A stretch of DNA of 64,000 nt from Psammoneis japonica (taxonomy: Eukaryota): assembly GCA_008632985.1 (NCBI GenBank), contig QPGO01000011.1, forward strand, positions 620,001-684,000, given 5' to 3'. Of the stretch, positions 59,794 through 64,000 are shown piece after piece. A program made the translations under genes and the position numbers. How positions within the stretch are numbered: position 1 is the stretch's first letter; the number at the start of each line of letters is the position of its first letter. Below the pieces are notes generated by a model. The model did no database searches. It saw nothing but the letters and a program-made list of their open reading frames with translations, and was not told where the DNA came from.

Positions 59794-60607
59794 GGCCACT
59801 GCGTTTCTTTGAATCTGGAGGCTCCCAGGCTGTGTCTGCATGCAAAAAGTTTGCCAAGTGGTTGTGATTGCAGCTGGCAAGGAAATTAATTTCATGTCGT
59901 CTTTTTCCATTGTGACACTGCCATCAAATGCATCTGCAAAGATGACTTCCTCCTGCATGGTGAGATGAGCTTCACTGCTTGCACCGTGTGTGCAAACTCA
60001 GGTTTGCTCTGTGGCCAGAGGTAGAGCAGCGGCTGCAACTTTTAAGGACATTGGTTTCACGTCGTCTCATGCCATTGTCACATCATTTGACGCAGCTAAA
60101 GAATGCGAGTCCCGTCAGTGCAGCACCTCCTCTTGCAAAAGGGGTTAAGACGGGTGACACGATCTGTGCCGTGAATGCAAACTCAGATGTCAAATGGCAC
60201 TGTAGCTGTCATTGGATGGCACACGAAACTAGTGAGGAAAACGTAATTTCAGCTACTACGGCATTGTCAATTGTCATGCCATTGATGAACAACACTTTGT
60301 TTTGAGTGTTCTGCATGGATGATGGTTCCAACAATAGATTTCAGTCCACGGTAGGTACACGGCTTGTTAGTCCTTTAGGGCTAGTCCACAACATACAGGT
60401 CTAATTGGTTACACGTCCACACGGCTCACAAAACGCGCGAAAATGGAAGAAATGCAATCCTGAAAATGAGAAAAAAACATATTCTGTATTTACTGGTCAG
60501 AGGTAGAAGGTCCGCTCCATTCCATTCATTCATTTTTCTCCACACCTAGCCCTAGTAGTAGCCATGCCGGCATCGGCTATCGGCACTCTGAACTTCATTC
60601 AATCACC

Positions 60608-62015
60608 ATGATGGACTTGCCAATTCCGAGGTCCGCGGAACCCGACTTGCTGCCGTTTCTACAAAAAGCCTTTCCCTCTGTCACGTCGTACTCTATTTTT
60701 CAAACCATTGTTCAACCAAATGCTATTGGCTACAAGGTGGAACTCGAGCCCAAAAGTGACTCTCATCCGGAAAAGGTCTTTTTCAAGTCGGTCGCTGCCG
60801 CAGATCATGTACCAAACCGCAAAGATTGGTCCGATTTACGCCGATTGCTCATGTATTGTCGAACCGAAGCTCGATTCTATCGGGATTTTGTTCCCAAATT
60901 GGCGGAAAAGGGATTTCATGCCGTTCCAAAGGCAATTGTTGCTCATTACAATATGGACGGTTGGATTCCTCAGGATGAATTGGCAACCGCCAATGCAGCC
61001 GACCCAAACATTGACAAGGATACACTGCCCGATCGTGAATTCAAGGGATGCGTCTAATTTTGGAATACATTTCCGAGACCAAGTATTATCAGGATTCGCC
61101 GCTCTCGGTGGAACAAGCCAAGCAGTGTCTGGCCGCGGCTGCACAACTTCATGCTGCGGGATGGCAAGACACCGAACTACTCGCTGCGGCGGAAACCCAG
61201 CTGAGCAAGGCTAGTTTTAACTTGAGCATGCGCAATCCAAAAGAGTTAGCCGGTATGGAAGAAGCTTGGGACCACTTTGTTAATGAATTCAAAACAGACA
61301 TGCAAGAGTACGGAGTATGGAATGACTCGTCGGTTGCTAATTTGGGATCCAGAATCAAAAAGGCAGCCTCGTTATCGCTAGTCAGGTATCTCCATCTCCA
61401 ACTGATCCACATGCCACTATGATTCATGGAGATTACAAGGCCATGAATGTGTTTCTTCCCAAGCCCACCACGCAGCACAGTGCAATATTGGTGGACTATG
61501 CTTCGGCAGCGATTGGACTCGGCATGTCGGACGTTGCCATGCATATTCATCATGCTGTTCTTCCAGAGAATCTAGAAAATGGTGGTGAGCTAGAATTGGT
61601 TCGCTATTATTGGAACGAGTTGACAAGTGGCCACTCGATTGACTATCCGTTTGAAGCTGCGCTTTGGGACTACAAGCTTTGTACCGTTGATTACTTTCGC
61701 TTCTTTTTGGGACGAATGTGGAAGATTGCGACGCACGATACCATGAAGGACAAGGAAAACAATAAAAATATTGCCAATATTAATCGCTTTGTAAAGGCAG
61801 CATGCGTCTATGTGGGTCGAGTTGACAAGTATCTTGCCGAGATTGAACAAGAAATGAAGGAGCAATGTGCTAGGGTGGGCGACTGGGTGGCTGGGTGTGC
61901 CCCTCTCTGGAGTAGAGCACAAGGCGTGTATTGTAAATTCCTTCATTCTGCGCTAGTGGGTTGGAAAGTTACAACAGCTGTCTACTCGCGACTCTGGAGT
62001 TCAAAGAACCACTAG
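60608..62015 (+). CDS. Protein-kinase-like fold phosphotransferase (ecdysteroid kinase/choline kinase/APH-like), with apparent indels
   Basis: VFFK, EARFYRDF, LILEYI, AAQLHAAGW, IHGDYKAMNVF and LVDYA motifs spread across three frames. Confidence 0.8.
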
Positions 62016-62472
62016 AGTAAACAGAACTCTACTCTACTCTAGTAGAGAGTAACAAGTAAGCAAGCGAAAAGATAAATAGAAGGTAGAAGTAAGTAGCTAC
62101 TTTAGCTACTAGCTAGCTAGAGATACTTTCTTGCTTGCTTCTTGCTTTATTTGTTTGTTTTTCTAACATCGTACGGTACAGCACAACCGCCGAGCATACA
62201 TCGTGCATTTTCTACGAGCTCTATTTTACTGTAGCTCGCAAGATATCCGGTGGCCAAAAAGAACGAAATCAAAGCCCTCAGACATGAAGGCTTCATATCT
62301 TCAAATTCTGGCGCGATTTTGCTTGCGAGGAGTCAAGTGCGAGTTCACAAAATCCACACATCACACCGGTGTGTTGTGTTGTGAGTTGTCTGTTGCTGTC
62401 GTTGTCATTGTCGGGCGCCAACAACACAAGGACACGCATCATCCATAACACTGTCTTTGTGTTTCTGACTGG

Positions 62473-64000
62473 ATGGTTAGGACAATGGATGTATCAGACG
62501 CTCTTGCTGCGATTGCAGAACTAGCAAGGCAACGAGCTGCGGCTGCTGCTGCCGCCGCCGCCCCTGCTGCTGCTGAAGAAGACGAGTCGAAACCCGCCGC
62601 CGCTGAAGACGAAGATGGGGAAGATCAAGACGAGGACGCCGATGATGCTGTTGGATACAAGCCTTACAAGCCCTCCAAGCTGACCTATGGCTGCCCGCAT
62701 CCCGACCCGGTTGTGGAGAATGCGTCACTAGCCGCCGTGGAGCCTCCCGATATCTTTTACAACCTCGCCATACCGTCAGCCGTCATTAGCGAAGGCAAAC
62801 TGTCAAATCTTCAGCTTGAAGCAATTGTGTATGGGTGTCAACGTCATCAAGTGGACCTGCCGATGCCTCCTGAAGAGAAACCGGAGGCTACGCCAGACAA
62901 CAAGAAGGAAAAGAGTGACGACTCCAAGAAGAGCAGTAAGAAACGTCCGCTCAATCCAGAAAAGCCCCATATTCCCCTTCGAGCTGGATTTATGCTAGGA
63001 GACGGTGCAGGTATGTTTGTTTTTGTATTTCTCGTTTGTGCAATTCATCGATATCATCAGCTTACGTGACGGAATTCCTTTCGGATAAAAAACTTCAGGC
63101 ATGGGCAAGGGCAGGTATGTTAGTATATGTTTGTTTGTGTATTTCTCGTTTCTGCAGTTGTCAATATCATCAGCTGTACCTAACGCATTTCCTTGTGGAT
63201 GCAGAACGCTAGCGGGATTTGTCTATGAAGCGCTTGCACGTGGCATTCAGCGCTCGGTATGGGTGAGCGTGTCGAGCGACCTGTACATGGACGCCAAACG
63301 AGACTTGGCGGATTTGGGACTCAAGAGCTACGCCGACAAGCACTGCCACTTGTTGGGGGACTTGTCCTACAAGGAGTTGGAGATCGGTGACGGACTCATT
63401 TTCTGTACCTACCGAACTTTGATTGGGGAATCAAAGAATCGATCGCGATTCGATCAACTCTTGGAATGGTGTGGGGGGGACGACTTTGATGGACTGCTCT
63501 TGTTTGATGAGTGCCACAAGGCGAAGAATATTAGTCTGGATGAAGAGACCCAGCAAGCTACCAATGTCGGATCGTCTGAGTGCTCTCAAACAGCCGCCTG
63601 TGTCGTTCGACTGCAACAGAGCCTCCCTCGTGCTCGTGTGGTGTACTGCAGTGCCACAGCTGTATCCGAACCGCAGAATCTTGGATTCATGAGCCGCCTC
63701 GGTCTTTGGGGGCCCGGGACCGAGCACCCGTGCGGCTTTCAGCAGTTTTTGGAGTCCTTGGAACGCCTCGGATGCGGCGCCATGGAGCTGCACGCCATGC
63801 ATCTCAAGTCCAAGGGGAGTCTCTTGGCTCGGACGCTCAGTTACGAGGGATGCAGTTTCTCCGCGGTGGAAAACGTCATGTCGAACGAAATGTCACACGT
63901 TTACAATGCGAGCGCGGACTTGTGGCGTGATATGGGGGTGGCGCTGGTGAATGAAATGGCCAAGCGGAAAGAACGCCATGACTTTATGAAGCGATTGGAG
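62473..64000 (+). CDS. SBNO: Strawberry notch family helicase-like protein, 5' part (runs off the window; introns ~63011-63098 and ~63115-63204)
   Basis: HPDPVVENASLAAVEPPD, LSNLQLEAIVYGCQRH, GFMLGDGAG|MGKGR, WVSVSSDL..DAKRDL, FDECHKAKN and ARVVYCSAT. Confidence 0.9.

Larger units (their letters stand above)
54720..60000. other. TpA-depleted island D with decayed host genes at both edges
   Basis: TA and CG nearly absent at ~56.0-58.9 kb; TA is lost but CG largely kept at the edges. Confidence 0.8.

Overview
Eukaryotic genomic window, most likely from a diatom (inferred from CoDi-type copia elements, a diatom-type cyclin, a silaffin-like RXL/KxxK protein and short GT-AG introns). Gene blocks of ordinary composition alternate with four repeat-rich islands (~2.44-6.78 kb, ~13.95-15.73 kb, ~19.96-41.96 kb, ~54.7-60.0 kb). 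The gene blocks encode R3H, MYND, SPK-repeat, LRR, MAPEG and secreted Cys-rich proteins, an NCoR/SMRT-like SANT protein head-to-head with an HDAC3-like deacetylase, DUF1415, a kinase-like protein and strawberry notch. The islands hold two full-length Ty1/copia elements, older copia, Harbinger-like and tyrosine-recombinase remnants, and decayed host genes. The main signal is that the islands are almost devoid of TpA, and internal controls show TpA has been converted to TpG or CpA, i.e. A-to-G on either strand. Ten of 12 differences between the LTRs of the younger copia are TpA losses while its CpGs are intact. Conserved Tyr codons have become Cys or His in transposon and host proteins, and one target-site duplication appears to carry the change. 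This looks like a repeat-targeted 'reverse-RIP' hypermutation process; I do not know of a description of it. A base-calling artefact must be excluded, since single-base indels in otherwise intact genes suggest a long-read assembly with residual errors. All alignments and counts were done by eye.
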